A program made the position numbers and the translations under genes. A stretch of 64,000 nt of DNA from Camelus ferus (lineage: Eukaryota), in assembly GCF_009834535.1 (NCBI RefSeq), contig NC_045696.1:19470001-19534000 (forward strand). Reading direction: 5' to 3'. Within the stretch, counting starts at the first letter, position 1. The number at the start of each line of letters is the position of its first letter. This document shows positions 14,256 to 27,549 of the stretch, piece by piece. The notes beneath the pieces were generated by a model. It was given only the letters and a program-made list of their open reading frames with translations, was not told where the DNA came from and ran no database searches.

Positions 14256-14559
14256 TAGAAAATGTATATCAAGCCTTTGAAAATGAAAATAATGGTACTA
14301 ACCACCTGCTTAATAACAAAGGCAAGTGCAATCTGTTTCTGTTATATAAATCTTTTTCTTTATTAAGAAATTTGAATACTTGATATTTGAAACCACAGGT
14401 GTTATCTCCTTAAAACTGAATTTTTTAAACTGCTATAGGTTAGATGATTAACTAGACTAATATTTATATGGAGGCAGGTTCATTTGAACACTGACATTTT
14501 TGAAGCTATCTTGAACATGCTTTTCTTTTCCCCCTTGAGTTTCTAATTAATTAATTAAA

Positions 14560-14658
14560 TTTCCAATTTTATTGAAATATAATCAACAGATAACATTGTG
14601 TAAATTTAAAATACACAGCGTGAAGATTTGATATACTTAAATATTGTGGAATGATTAC
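14560..14658 (-). mobile_element. Short L1 3'-end fragment
   Basis: aattttattgaaatataatcaacagataacattgtgtaaatttaaaatacacagcgtg...gaatgattacc matches the reverse complement of an L1MA-type 3' terminus; cccttga occurs on both flanks. Confidence 0.65.
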
Positions 14659-14997
14659 CCTTGAATAAGCTTTTTAACTTAGAATCACAAAAGTTCAGCT
14701 TTACTGAGATTACTATCTTTTGAGAGAGGGACAAATTCAAGGAGTTTCCTTTTTTCTTTAATTTCAAGGTGTAATACGTAAGTTGTAGGACAGACGTTCA
14801 TATTTATTAGCTGCACCATATATAAGGTGAGGATAATAACCTTAAAGAAGGAAATTATATCTTGAATCTATCATAAAGAATAATAAAAGCAGGTGGAAGA
14901 AACAGCTAATGAGATGTGGGATCCAAAAGTATTCACTGACTTTATCTGCTATAGTGCAGTTGGCAAAAAATCAGAGGAAATAAAAGCCCACTGTGTA

Positions 14998-15032
<35 letters not shown>

Positions 15033-15051
15033 CACACACACACACACACAC
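14998..15051. repeat. Compound microsatellite (GACA)n(CA)n
   Basis: Read directly. Confidence 0.95.
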
Positions 15052-15699
15052 TCAGTTTAACAAGAAGGACTGGGAAGGATTATTTTTGTTTTCATACTCT
15101 CACTATATTGAACAGTGTTTGGCGTATTGTAAGCACTAGTTGTTTAATATATTACAAATTGAATGCTACTCTATAATTTTGGGATTAACATATCAAAAAT
15201 CTGATTTCTGGCTCTGTATTTGTATTATAAAAGGGAATGTGGCCCTATTTCTACAAAATCACATCAGTGAATTTCCACAGTGTGTTGGTAGGAATCTTAG
15301 ATAGAGCAAGTAATAACTTATTTTCATCATACCATTTAAAAATTTTTTAAAAATCCCACAGCATGATGAATTGTCATAGATTTCCATATAGTGTGAATCA
15401 AAACATCCCACCAAAAAAGAGAAAATCTAACAATAAACATATTTTTATAGTTTAAAGAGGAACTCAAAAAGATATAGAGCAGAAAAACATATGTTAATAT
15501 TTTAAGACCTACTGAAAACTGAGGATTTCAAAAACAGCACAAAAGCATTCACTCAGTCTAGAAAAAGAAAACAAAATTTATATAAAGTAGTACAATACAC
15601 TGAATATTCTCTATACTTACTAAACAGTTAATAAAAGGAAACAAGTTTTACCTTAGTAACACCAGAATTTTGTTTCATGTAACAAATTTTGTTTCATTC

Positions 15700-16045
15700 A
15701 GGACTCCTCAGAGTCCTACCCTGACCACTCTTTCTAAAATTGCCCTGGACTCCCACCTCTAGTCACATTCCATCTGAAGCTCTTTTTCATTTGTCTTCAT
15801 ATTTCATATCACTATCTGTTTTTATATCTAACATATATCTTTCTATATTAAATGTTATGTAATATACCATAATGTACTATACTACACAATAATATAATGT
15901 TATTCACTAAATATAGCTTCTCCCACTAGAATGTAAACTCCATGATGACAAAGACTACCATTTTGCACTGGTGTATATCCTAGTACCTAAAATCTTCCTG
16001 GATATAATTGATATGTCCAAATATTTTGTCAGACTAAATGAATGA
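15700..16045 (+). mobile_element. L2 3' end
   Basis: ccctgaccactctttctaaaattgcc...cccactagaatgtaaactccatga...aatgaatga, typical L2 terminus. Confidence 0.7.
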
Positions 16046-16974
16046 GCACATATTATTTCAATTAAAATGATCAAGCAGGAGTCACTCATGTTAACCAGAA
16101 TGTGTATGTATATATACATACCAGAGGTAATAAATAAACTGCCCCAAATAACAGTCATAAGAGATGGAGTCATCACTAAACTCCTACTTCATAAAATGAA
16201 GGAAGAGGCACAGTCACTAAAATAACTATAATTTGAGCATCAAGAAATAGGAAATACAAAACAAATATTTTTAGGATTAAGAGAGAATCATCAGTTGAGG
16301 CAAAGAGTTGAAGATACAGAATGTAGGATGAGAGATCTCACCAATAGGTAAGGAGATAAGACAATGCGACCCTGGACAGAAGATCACATGCCTTGAATCC
16401 CAAATCCAAAGTTCTTACTTTCTATGTGTTCCTGTGTGACAGCCATATCCAGTTGTGGGGGTTAAGACATCTGGCAAAATATTCCCAATGGAAGCAGCTT
16501 AATGGAGTACATTCATTTTTCTGTCACTTGAGAAATACCCTGTCCATCGACACGTCCAAGTCACCAGAATCGTACAGACATGCTCTGTCACCTAAGGAGA
16601 TTATCTTCCTTCTTTAATGTTAGGTGAGCCAGTAGCAGCAACATGTGTCTGTCATACGGTGACTGAGTGCTGCCTTTTGGTATAAAGAGTGGGGGAAAAA
16701 TTAGGAATAATTAAGACTGCTTTTTAGAGTGGGAGAAATAGCTATCTCCATTTTATCAATAGTCTACTTTTGTCTAGACTTACAATATTTAAAAAATGCT
16801 ACTATATATATATATATTTTTAATCTTAATAGGTGGCATGAAGGTTTATTCATATGAAGTGAATTAGGTTTTATATGACAGATTATTACATAACAGTAGT
16901 TCCCAGAAAAGCTTGTGAAAACTGAAAATTCCAAGGAAAGAAGAAAACAAACCCGCACTTCAACAATGTTGGAC

Positions 16975-17030
16975 CAAATATTTAGGCATCCTTGGCCCAG
17001 TCAACTCAACACATAATATTAACCATCACA
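16975..17030 (-). mobile_element. MLT2-type (ERVL) LTR 5' end fragment
   Basis: Reverse complement TGTGATGGTTAATATTATGTGTTGAGTTGACTGGGCCAAGGATGCCTA resembles the MLT2 start. Confidence 0.65.
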
Positions 17031-17049
17031 CTTCCTGATCTACTTGTTC

Positions 17050-17720
17050 AAGAATTCCTCCAGGAAATATATACAGGAATATAACTGAAGAAGCATTGAG
17101 TATGTGCATATTAAACTTTGATCTGTTTTTCAAAGTGCTTGTACCAATGTACATTTCTGCTTGAAATCTACATCAGTTGCAGTTGCACCACATGTTTACC
17201 AACATTCTTATCAGCCTCTTTGACAATGTGATGCATGTGAAGTGGAATCTTACTTCATTTTTGACATGCATGAGCTAAGCAGCCTACAAAGAAAGTAGGA
17301 AAACAGAAGCGAAATATGTCCAAAGAAAGTAAAAAGAAGGAAATAATAGAGACCAGAGCAGAAAACAATACAATATGTTTTGAAAAAATACAATAGAGAA
17401 GAAACAAAGCTAAACGTTAAGTCTTTGTAAAATATTCAAAAATATCTTCTAGCCAACATCATACCAGAGTCCCTGACCAGCAGATAAGAAAAGGAAAAAA
17501 AAGTCTCAAATTGTCAAAGGAAATAACTGTTATCATTCACATATGATTTGTCAACATAGAAAACTGAAAAAACTCCATGGGACAATTTATTAAAATTAAT
17601 AAGAGAGCTTAGCAAACTTTCTAGATGTAAAACTAACATAGAAAAAAGTCAATTGTCTTTCTGTAAGTTATGTAAAAATATCTGGAAAATGCAATAAAAT
17701 AAGAAATTACTTAGAAAAAA
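17050..17720. mobile_element. Old L1 ORF2 fragments in opposite orientations (minus about 17050-17270; plus about 17280-17720)
   Basis: Minus part ttttcaaagtgcttgtaccaatgtacatttc; plus part aaagtaaaaagaaggaaataataagagaccagagcagaaa and ttaataagagagcttagcaaac. Confidence 0.55.
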
Positions 17721-20700
17721 AGAAGAAAACAACCAACTTACTTAGATGGTTTTATTTAATTTAGCTTGGCCATGGTAATAACTCACAGGTGTTTGGAAAT
17801 AGTTAATCACATAATTTTATTTGAATATAAGCAGACTTAGTAATTAAGTGATTCATTCATCTCAGATGATACAGAATATTCAATGATCTACACAACATGG
17901 TACCTAGGTTCTCAGCTGTGCAGTAAAGACAGAGAGATGTGGTTCATGTCTTAAGACTAGTGTAAGTAATATTTACTAAAGAGTTGGAAAAGAATGTAAA
18001 ATATTTCTACTAAAAGATAATTAAATAAATTTTTACAAAGTCGCTCAAGTTTATATTGGGCCCTAAAGGATGGATAAAAAAGAGTGGAAGGAGTAACATA
18101 AACTCAAGCATGGCCATAAGAAAGTAGGATGCTTGCCTGGCACAATGAGTGGGCTGGCTCTGCTGTCTCAAGTGTTCATCTAGGGGAATGTTGTGAGATG
18201 AAGAAGAAAAGACACATGAGGCACACACATACGTACACACAGTACACACTTGCATATTCATATATACTTAGTGTTTTTCACGTATTAAATGTGATTATTT
18301 GAATCATAATTTAAATAATTTGACTGGAGAAATGGATTTTTTTTTCAGTTTACCCTTATGCACCCTAATGGCTGATCTTTTACATATCTTAGAATATGAG
18401 AATCCTATTTTAAATATCACAGCTATATGAAATAGTAATTTTTTAAAATAGTGACAAAAATTAAAGCAGTGCATTATTAAAGTGTCAATCAGACCTTGAT
18501 ATGTAGGAAAAGAGCACATGGAATGGCAACAGTAAGAAAAAGTAAGGACATGATCCCCTTGTGCCACGCATGACATTAAAGAGCTGAGAAGCAGAGGGGT
18601 GCTAGTCTCTAAAACCACTTCTGATCAAGTCAGTCCATGGTGTTCATCCTCCCCTCCTAGAATGGTACTGTTGAAGAAGGCATCCAAACCTTCTCAATGA
18701 AAGAATCTTGAGCCACTTGATATATAAAGGAAAAGCTCTATATATTCTTTTTAAACTTTGAGATTATTTATATACAATAATAGAGAAAATAAAGTGTTCA
18801 CCATAATAAACTTTACTAATAAAAATCAAATAATTTTAAATAGTGAAATATATTGGGCATGATTTCAAAAAATTTAAGGGAACAAAATTTAAATATGTCT
18901 TCTAAAGTTCCCTGTAAGTTAAATTCACTATCCAGATAGTCATGAGGTTCAGCCCATAGGGATTCCTCACTGAAATTAAGAAAAATTTGGAATTCTTTTT
19001 CTAGGAAAAATCATATTTACACTGAATATTCAAGTGTCCAGAAGAGTGTAGGTTTGAGCAGTGAAATGGGTTCTATTTTTGTTTTTAATTTCTAGGAGCT
19101 ATGAATACTTTCATTTTCCTGTAGATTAAATTCTTATAAAACACTCATGAAATATTCATGTTTTTTTCTCACACTTCACAAACATCTTTCCTATATACAT
19201 TCATTTCATTTTTATACCATTTATTTCTATAATTCCACACAGAAAGCTCATTAATTTTACTGAGAAAAATTTTAATTATTTGTATAAAAGCTCTATCATT
19301 ACAACACAGATGAGGCTGAGTACAGAATTTTGTATGAATTTTGTCTTCTTCTTGACATACGTGGGAAAGTTTCCAGCAGACAAGTAATTTTATTTACGAT
19401 TGTTATTCCACTCAATTTTCCTCTTAGATTAACTCTCTGTATACTTTGTTCTATATAGTTTAAATTCATTAAGATTGCAATTATATATAAATTTCTAATT
19501 TAGCTTGGGGTTTTTTGGTGGGCACAATGAAAACAGTCCAAGATATTATTGTTTTGAATTTTAACACAGAGAACTCTTTCCACTACACGCAAATTAGAAC
19601 ACATTTCCTTTAACTTAAAATATGAAATTAGTGGATTACCTTTTTCCCCTTTCTTTGCAATTCATAAGAGTTTACTGCACTTGCATTTAACATAGGCAGA
19701 TTATTTTTGCAGTCAATTTCTGTTTAATCTTTCACCATGTGAAATATAGCCATTTAGAAATTATAGCCTTTATTTAGGCGTATTTATGTTTGAAATAGTA
19801 CAATCATAAAAAAAATGTTTGTTGATAATCTAAAAAAGCACTGGAACTTATTAAGTTTTTTAAATGTGTAGCAGTTTAGCACTAACACTAAATAATGATT
19901 ATTTCAAATTGCCTCTAAAATTGTGAAATAGAATAGTCTGATATGTAGAGGGAAATTCAGTTTCACTCAGGCAAGTGTAAGTAACATTAAAAGAAACATT
20001 GGAATAAACCTTAAAGTGTAATTTGAAATGATGTTAACAATAATTTTCAGCTATTCAGAAACCATAGGATTACTTAAACAACAAAACAGACAACTCAAAA
20101 AACACTTTTAGACCCATTTCATCACAATTAGCAGCTAAAGAAGCTTGTTGAGAAACGTTATATTACAGCACTTCAAACATAAAGTAACTACCACAGGTTC
20201 ATGTCACTGGACCACATGAATCCTTTACTCATTATGTATAAAAGGTACCTACTAATGTATCATAAAACAAAAGAAAATATATAGTAATATATGTTTCAAG
20301 AACATAACACACACGAAAACACAGACAAGAGAAAAAGAAAACAGGGAATTCCTTTTTGTAGTTAAAATAAGCCATTGTGTCTGTATGGTTCGAAAGTAGG
20401 GGAAACGTAATACCTAAAAGTATGATCATGTTATATATTATGCAGGTGTAATTTCTGAGGTGCAGTCCCCCACAAATTAAAAAGGAACTTTTAAAGTAAC
20501 ATAAAGACTTATCAACTATCTCTTCACTTTTGATTGCACCATAACACAACAGAGAAAACTCCCCACAAATTTAGGGAAGTCACAACTTAGGTAGCATAAT
20601 TACATGGCAACACATGTCTGAAAAAATACTGGTATGGGCTTACTCTAACTTTAGTTGAGTTGTGATGCTCAGTCTTGTTATTTTTACTCTGTGTTTTAAG

Positions 20701-20721
20701 TAACACTGGACTTCTTTTTGC

Positions 20722-20860
20722 TTATTTATTTTTTTAATTTGTTTTTGGGAGGGAGGTAATGAGGTTATTTATTTATTTATTTCAGTGGAGGTACTGGGGA
20801 TTGAACCCAGGACCTCATGCATGCTAAGCACGCACTCTACCATTGAGCTATATCTGCCCC
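20722..20860 (-). mobile_element. tRNA-Ala-derived SINE (vic-1-like), best preserved copy
   Basis: Minus strand GGGGCAGATATAGCTCAATGGTAGAGTGCGTGCTTAGCATGCATGAGGTCCTGGGTTCAATCCCCAGTACCTCCA followed by (AAAT)n, ATTACCTCCCTCCC and an A-rich tail. Confidence 0.9.
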
Positions 20861-23800
20861 TTATTATTTTGGGGGGGGCCTTCTTTTCAAATACTAACAA
20901 AAACAACAAGGTTTCATACTCAACTGTGATCATGGAAGAAACAATTACAGGCAATAATTTAATAAAATGTTTTCATTAGCAATTACTTACTTTCTGAGTT
21001 TTATACTCTGATTAAAAGAAGCCCAATATTATGTATTTTTATTAAAAAAAAAACAACTAACGGACAATTTAATAGAAAGATATATGCCCTCATACATTAC
21101 TATGTACTCTACAGACATAGAACTATACATATACAATGAGTTCCTCAATTACCAATGAAGAATCCAGGAACTGTTGAATAAACTGAAATCTTTTGCATAA
21201 TGAGTGGATTATTTTAGCAGTAAAATTTTGAGGTGAACATCAAGTAGTATGCTTCCCAAATATAGAACTGGTTGGATCAAACTATCTTGTCAATTCTAAT
21301 AGGTTCTTTAATGCAATGCAAAAATACCTACCAATAAGCAGCTGCCATATTGAATAACCTCAGTAGGTGCCACTCACCTCATAATATGTGTAAATAGCTC
21401 TTCTTTAAGATGTATATTATACAATATACACAACTCCACACTGTCCATATTCAGTAGCCTTTGTTATTCTGGTTTTTGTTGGGAAAAACTAGCAAGTTTT
21501 GGAACAAATTTATATTTAAAATTTCCACCTAGTGTGCATATGGGACTAGCCAGTTTCCAAGATAAATGTGATTTTTTTTCTCACAAGCCACACAACAAAG
21601 CAGGAAGTTTAGCTTATTGTAAGTACTAATCATTACTCAGTACAAAACATGGATACACTCATTTTTCTAAAAGAGTAATTGTCAACACTATGGTTATCCA
21701 TAAATTAATAAATTCAATTTAATATTGTCTGTGTTTTAAAAATTGGAAAAAAAAGTAAAAATATAACAAAACAATAATAAATATCTGTATACAAAGATGA
21801 GATGGCAAGTGGAGATAAACAGATTAGACCTACAGAACTCAGGAAAGTCTCAGGAATTTTAAATCCAAAAACATGGGAACCAAAAAAATGGGTGGTCATC
21901 AAACAATTTGAACAATTGTACTCTCATGTTCTCTTCTCAGATTTAAGGCAACATAAATTCCTGTCTCTCATCTCAACAGAAGATGAAGTCTGTTTTCTAG
22001 ATAAATTGAATCAAGGAAGCTTTAGACTCTAAGCAGTTATAAGCATGAGCAATGTGGAGTTGATGTACAGGGAAAAAAATCATGGGATACCATCTGACTC
22101 AAGCTGTTTTTCCACAGAGCCTTGGTATCCAGCTATGTCAATAATAACTAAACAGCTTCAAAAAAAAAAAAAAAATCTACAAGTAGCCGACATTTCATAG
22201 ACCTTTGTGGATGGGGAAATTATATACCCATCTGATCGCAAATCCTTGCCTTTATGAACTGAGCCATTGGTGTTTTCATCTCACTTTTAAATATAAACAC
22301 CCAGACAAGGGTCACCAAGTACTTGAGGAAAGTTTCCAATGTGAGTGACAGAAAATGAAACAAATAACAATCACAACAACAAAATAAGTCAAGGGAAAAA
22401 AATCAGGGAGCAAAAGCAACTCTGAAAACAGACTATCATTACAATTATCAGAGAGATAAGATAATATATTGTGCTCATGAAATAAATGATCAGAGACTAA
22501 AAGATTTAGAAATTTTAAAATTGATAGGCAAATTGAAAAATATAAATGTTAAATTGAAAAAAAAATAGAGGAGAGTAGTATTAATCTTCTCTCTATTCCA
22601 ATTTAAGCTTTTTTCAAAATGAGTTAGCTAATCTATCAGACACAGGCATATATTTCATAAACCCAAAATTGTACTTCAAAACAATCTTGGAAAAGATGTT
22701 TATTGAATGATTCTTTTCTCAGTAATTGAAAATGGCTTTTTCTTCCATATAAACTGATTTTTTTCTTTAAAATTTTAATTAATATAGATCTTTTGTTGAA
22801 ATAAAACCTAGATGAAAAGTTTGGAATTATATGTAATAATGAAGCATGAACATAATCTTAATCATAGTGTTTGCAAACTAAATACTATAATGCTAAAATT
22901 ACCATCTATAAATTAAAATATCCATACTAAGACTGCATCCTGCAAAGACACACTGAAGGTTTAGTGGAACTATGTGATGAAAGGGCTGAAAAACCCAACT
23001 GTGTCGTTATTTCCAATTTGTAGTCAATTATTACATTCTTTGATTCGTGAAAAGACAAGAATTTGAAAAAATAAATTTCCAATGAAATTCTATTTAGAAA
23101 ATACTCTTATTTTCAAATAAAATTCTTCTCTCTTTTCTCAGGAACAAAGAGAAATGCTACTATAAGCTAAGACCCAAATAAAGCAGAGAATATAATACTG
23201 TTGGTTGACACTGGAAGGACTTCTATGTGTGATTCTAGCTTGCTAAACGTTTCACAAATCAAAAGAAACAGCTTACGATACTTGAGAGAATTGTTTTATG
23301 CTATGTTAAAAAGAACTTGATATTTTAGAATATTAATTTTTCGTTTTGATTTTGAAGACTGAAAACTGTGTAGCTGTTTTGCAAGATTATTATTTTCTCT
23401 CCATTTATGCCCAATGAGGTGTGCAGAAGACACTTACAAAGTGTTAAATGATATAGTAATGAATACGTCATGTAGCTCTTCCAACCAAAAAGTCTTGCTA
23501 CACCTGTGATACATGTTTTCCACTCAAAATTAAATGTCAGAATGACTCACATTCTATATTTGAATAGTTCAAGTATTTTATATCAGATTTTTTCCCCAAT
23601 TCTTCATGTTTTGAAAATTAGCTTTGTGTCACATCAATGATCAGTATGATTAGTAAGGCTACAGCTAAACCTTGGAGAAGAATTTAGTAATAGGTCCAAG
23701 CTTTAATTGTCCCCTATGATTACAACCAGGTGCAGAGTGAGCAAGTAAAATTTGTAGGAAATTAATTAATGAGTTATTTAGAATCAGAATTTACTAATTT

Positions 23801-24581
23801 AGAATTTTAGCATTAAAATATTCCTGCTAAATGACATCACAATCAAGTAAGAGCAGAAACTTATTTCTAGGTGTTGATTATAGAAATTAAAGCATATACA
23901 TGACTATTATATAATGAATTATAGATATTTATGAACAAAGAAAAGTAACTAAACATCAACTAAATTCATGTAAATTAAAGAAAAAAAATAAAGCTACTCT
24001 GAGAGCACAAAAAAGTAGTAACTGAAATGTTCATGATCATACACACCTGTCTTTTCCATAGATAAATCTAAATCTGTCTTCTAACAAATACCTCAAAGGC
24101 AATGAGTATAATTATGTTTACAAAAATCGCTTAAACTTTAAGACGAATGGTTAGCACAAACTATAAAACAAATACACAAAAGAAGCATTTCTTCACTATT
24201 TGAGAATGCATATGTGTTTTAAAAAATATCTTCAGATTTTCAGCATAGGATCACCTACATAGCCAGAAAAACAAGTCTCGTAAAGACACTTACAGATCAT
24301 ACACGTCATTTTCAAAAATCTTTTAAAATGCACATATTATCTGACAGAAAAGGAAAACAAGCTCTAAATCATCAAAAAGGAAGGGGATGTGGAGACATGA
24401 GTTAGGGGAACAGGCAAAACCGCATTTCTGTCAATTACTGCAGTCCTGTTGAAAACATCACTGGTACTCAGACAACTGAGAGCTTTCTGTATCTCTGATA
24501 CAGAAGATTGGTTTTTAATATCCTCACTGGGGAAAAAGATGCAAGAGGGATATTTGAGTCTGGGACTCCTAAAATGTGAGC

Positions 24582-24587
<6 letters not shown>

Positions 24588-24612
<25 letters not shown>
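24588..24612. repeat. (CA)n microsatellite
   Basis: Read directly. Confidence 0.95.
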
Positions 24613-24699
24613 AGACTACTAGCAACTAAAATTAATCCGACTTAGCATTGAACCAAATCCTAATTTAATAGGGGTGTAAGATAAACACTTCTTTGAAAA

Positions 24700-25505
24700 T
24701 CAGTAACTATAAACCTGCTGTCATAGTACAGAATATCCCAAGTCATGAAAGTAACTTAGGGTGCTCTAGTGTGTCCAGCTTTGTAATACTCCTGACAATT
24801 AACAAAAGCAGAGGACTACCTTCTGTGGAACAACACACCCAAACCTCAGGCCTTGCATGATGCCCAGTAAATAGAATAAGTAAAATATGACACTACAATC
24901 TAAAGCCATAAAATATGCTAGCGCATTATCCATCATGAGTGACAGTGTGCTGAAAAAAGACCCATGAGCTAATAGAACTCACATAAAATATAAATGTGAT
25001 CATTAGGTTAAAAGTTTAATAGAGGGGTTGAATGAAAGACTAAACATAAGTGAGCAAGGAATTAATGAACTAGTAGCCAGAGCTGAATAAGATAATAAAA
25101 GAAAGAAACAATAAAATATTTGTAAGAGATATATTCTAAGTTCTAAAATAACAAGATTGGCATGTGACACAGACTTTCAGAATAAAGGGATAGAGAGAAT
25201 GGGAGAAGACACAATATTCAAGAAGGTAATGGTATAACATTCCCAGAAGTGATGAAAGATATGGGTCTTCAGATTCAGAAATCAAACTGAAACCCAAGTA
25301 CAGCAAATATAGAAATCCACATTAAGATATGTAATATTTACAAAAAATTACAACTCACAGCAGACTTCAAAATAGTAGCAATGGAAGCCAGAAGAGAGTA
25401 AAATGTTTTTAGATTACCAAAGGGAAGTAACTATCAAGTTTGAATTGTACATTCAGCTAAACTAAAAATTTAAAACAAAGTTAAAATAAAAACATTTTTA
25501 TGATA
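24700..25505 (+). mobile_element. Ancient L1 ORF1-region remnant
   Basis: A-rich plus strand with caatattcaagaaggtaatgg...ttcccagaagtgatgaaagat...cttcagattcagaaa and cagcagacttc...caatggaagccagaaga; boundaries approximate. Confidence 0.65.
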
Positions 25506-26148
25506 AACCTTTGGGGACATGAATGAATGCTATGGATCTCCTCTCCAGAATATGAATATACAGACAATGAAAAAGTTGAGTACAATTTTTGAGATGCTCA
25601 CTATCTCTCAAGCCTGTCTTCTGCTCCGTATCATCTAACTTTCACCCTTGAATCAAGCTAAATAAGCTATGTACTTGGGCCACATTCTTTAGCTTCCTTA
25701 TAATGATGTTTTTAGTGAATAACCCTGATTCTTATGTCTTCATAATGCATTGAAGCACAATGGAATGAACCTATTATGTCATAATTTTTTTTTCAGTTGT
25801 GGTCCTTCTGAAATCGCCAACGATTATATCATGTAATCTCACAATTCACATACACACAATGGTCATCATACATGTTCCATGTCATGCTGTAGTCTAGTCA
25901 ACCATCCATATATGGAGTGGAACGAATAACCATGTTTAAAATGCCTTCCTTTTTCTTCTTTCCTGCCTCCCTCCTTTCTCTTCCCTTCCCTCTCAGATTT
26001 CTTCTTTTCTAATAATAAAGTCTCAAATAACAGTGATATTTCAATGTTCAAATTCATATTTAACTTGGTCAGGAAAATTTTTCCATAAATTCTCTATACA
26101 ACTGCCTCCCACTATCTAAAACACACTGAAATAGGCACACAGACAGAG

Positions 26149-26185
<37 letters not shown>

Positions 26186-26248
26186 ATTATGCATTACACA
26201 TACACTACACATTATGCATTTTATATGTGTGTGTATGTGTGTGTGTGT
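26149..26248. repeat. (CA)n tract followed by an inverted (TG)n tract
   Basis: CA run 26149-26180, duplicated cattatgcatt spacer, TG run about 26226-26248. Confidence 0.9.
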
Positions 26249-26329
26249 CTTAGTCTAGCTCTATAAGGCAATAATTTGTGTTCCCCTTTCCAAACTCTTA
26301 ACTGAATAGAAGATAAAAAGTACATAATA

Positions 26330-26590
26330 ATTAAAAGTACAGTCTTTGGAATCAGATTACTTGTCTGGGTTTGAATTTTAGTTTCATTATTACTTATCCA
26401 TATGACCTTAGGAATAAGACATTACACTTTACAGTCTTAGCTTTCTCCTTTATATGAATTGTCCTCAGATTCATCCTCTGTAAAACAGAGAATACTGATA
26501 CTACCTAATACTTCAGTTTGTGGTCAAAGTCTGTTGACTTAATTTATTTTCAATTCTGAACACATTAACTGCAATGAATGAATATTAAGG
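26330..26590 (+). mobile_element. MIR fragment
   Basis: acagtctttggaatcaga...ctgggtttgaatttta...tgaccttagg...ctctgtaaaacagagaatactgatactacc. Confidence 0.65.
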
Positions 26591-26604
26591 AATATTTAGG
26601 AAAC

Positions 26605-27009
26605 TGTTACAGACTGAAGTGCCCCCCCCCGCCCCCAATTTATATGTTGAAGTTCTAATGTGATCATATTTGGAGGTGGGGGCCTTTGGGAGATAATTAG
26701 GTTTGGGTGAGGTCAGGAGGTTGAAGTCCTCATATAAGTGTTCTTATAAGAAGAGGACTAGAAACCTGAGAGCTCTGAATGCTCTCCCCCTAACCCCTTT
26801 CTTAATCTCTCTATTTTTCTCCCTCTTCCATGTGGGAACATGGTGAGAAGGCGGCCATCTGCAGGCCAGAAAGAGCGACCCCACAGGAACTAAATAATAC
26901 GGTACCTTGAAATTGGAATTCCCAGTCTCCAGAACTGTGGGAAATAAATATTTGTTGTTTAAGCCTCCCAATTTAAGAAATTTTGTTATAGCAGCTGCCT
27001 GCTAAGACA
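26605..27009 (+). mobile_element. Solo MaLR LTR (MLT1A-like)
   Basis: Starts TGTTACAGACTGAA, ends GCTAAGACA; internal cagtctccagaactgtgggaaataaatatttgttgtttaagcc; 5-bp TSD gaaac/gaaat (4 of 5). Confidence 0.88.
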
Positions 27010-27549
27010 GAAATGTTGGCTATCTTTAATTTTATGTTAATTGCCTGATCACTGGTATTTTGACTCAATAGGGAGGAACATGGTCATTTTAGAAGATTTT
27101 CAATATAGAGGGTGGGGTGAAGTGAATAAACTTTAAGGGTAATTTCACTCCAAACAATACATAATCAACAAGTCTTCACGTATGAAATGAGAATTTGCTC
27201 AACTTAATATATACCAATTTTGGTTTTTGAATAAGCTAGTAGATGACTCAGAAAATATTACAGAAACTGTTTGGCACAGAAAAAGCAATATATTTAAATG
27301 TGTTGATGATTTATTTAATAGAAATACTTTGCTATAGAAAAATGAGTAATAGAGCTAAATAAATGAAGGTTATAAATTCTGAGGTTTGTGTATACACATA
27401 TTCATAACTATACGTAGACACATGCATTGTAGAGCTTATTAGATCTCACAAAAATTCAAACTTCAACACAATTTTAAAGTCTGTCAAATTAGATCAGCTT
27501 TTTGGATGTTATTTAAAATATACACATACTAAAAATATATATTATGGTG

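Noticed and set aside
20786..20860. Genuine tRNA-Ala gene
   Set aside because: Altered acceptor stem, SINE tail and three sister copies indicate a SINE.
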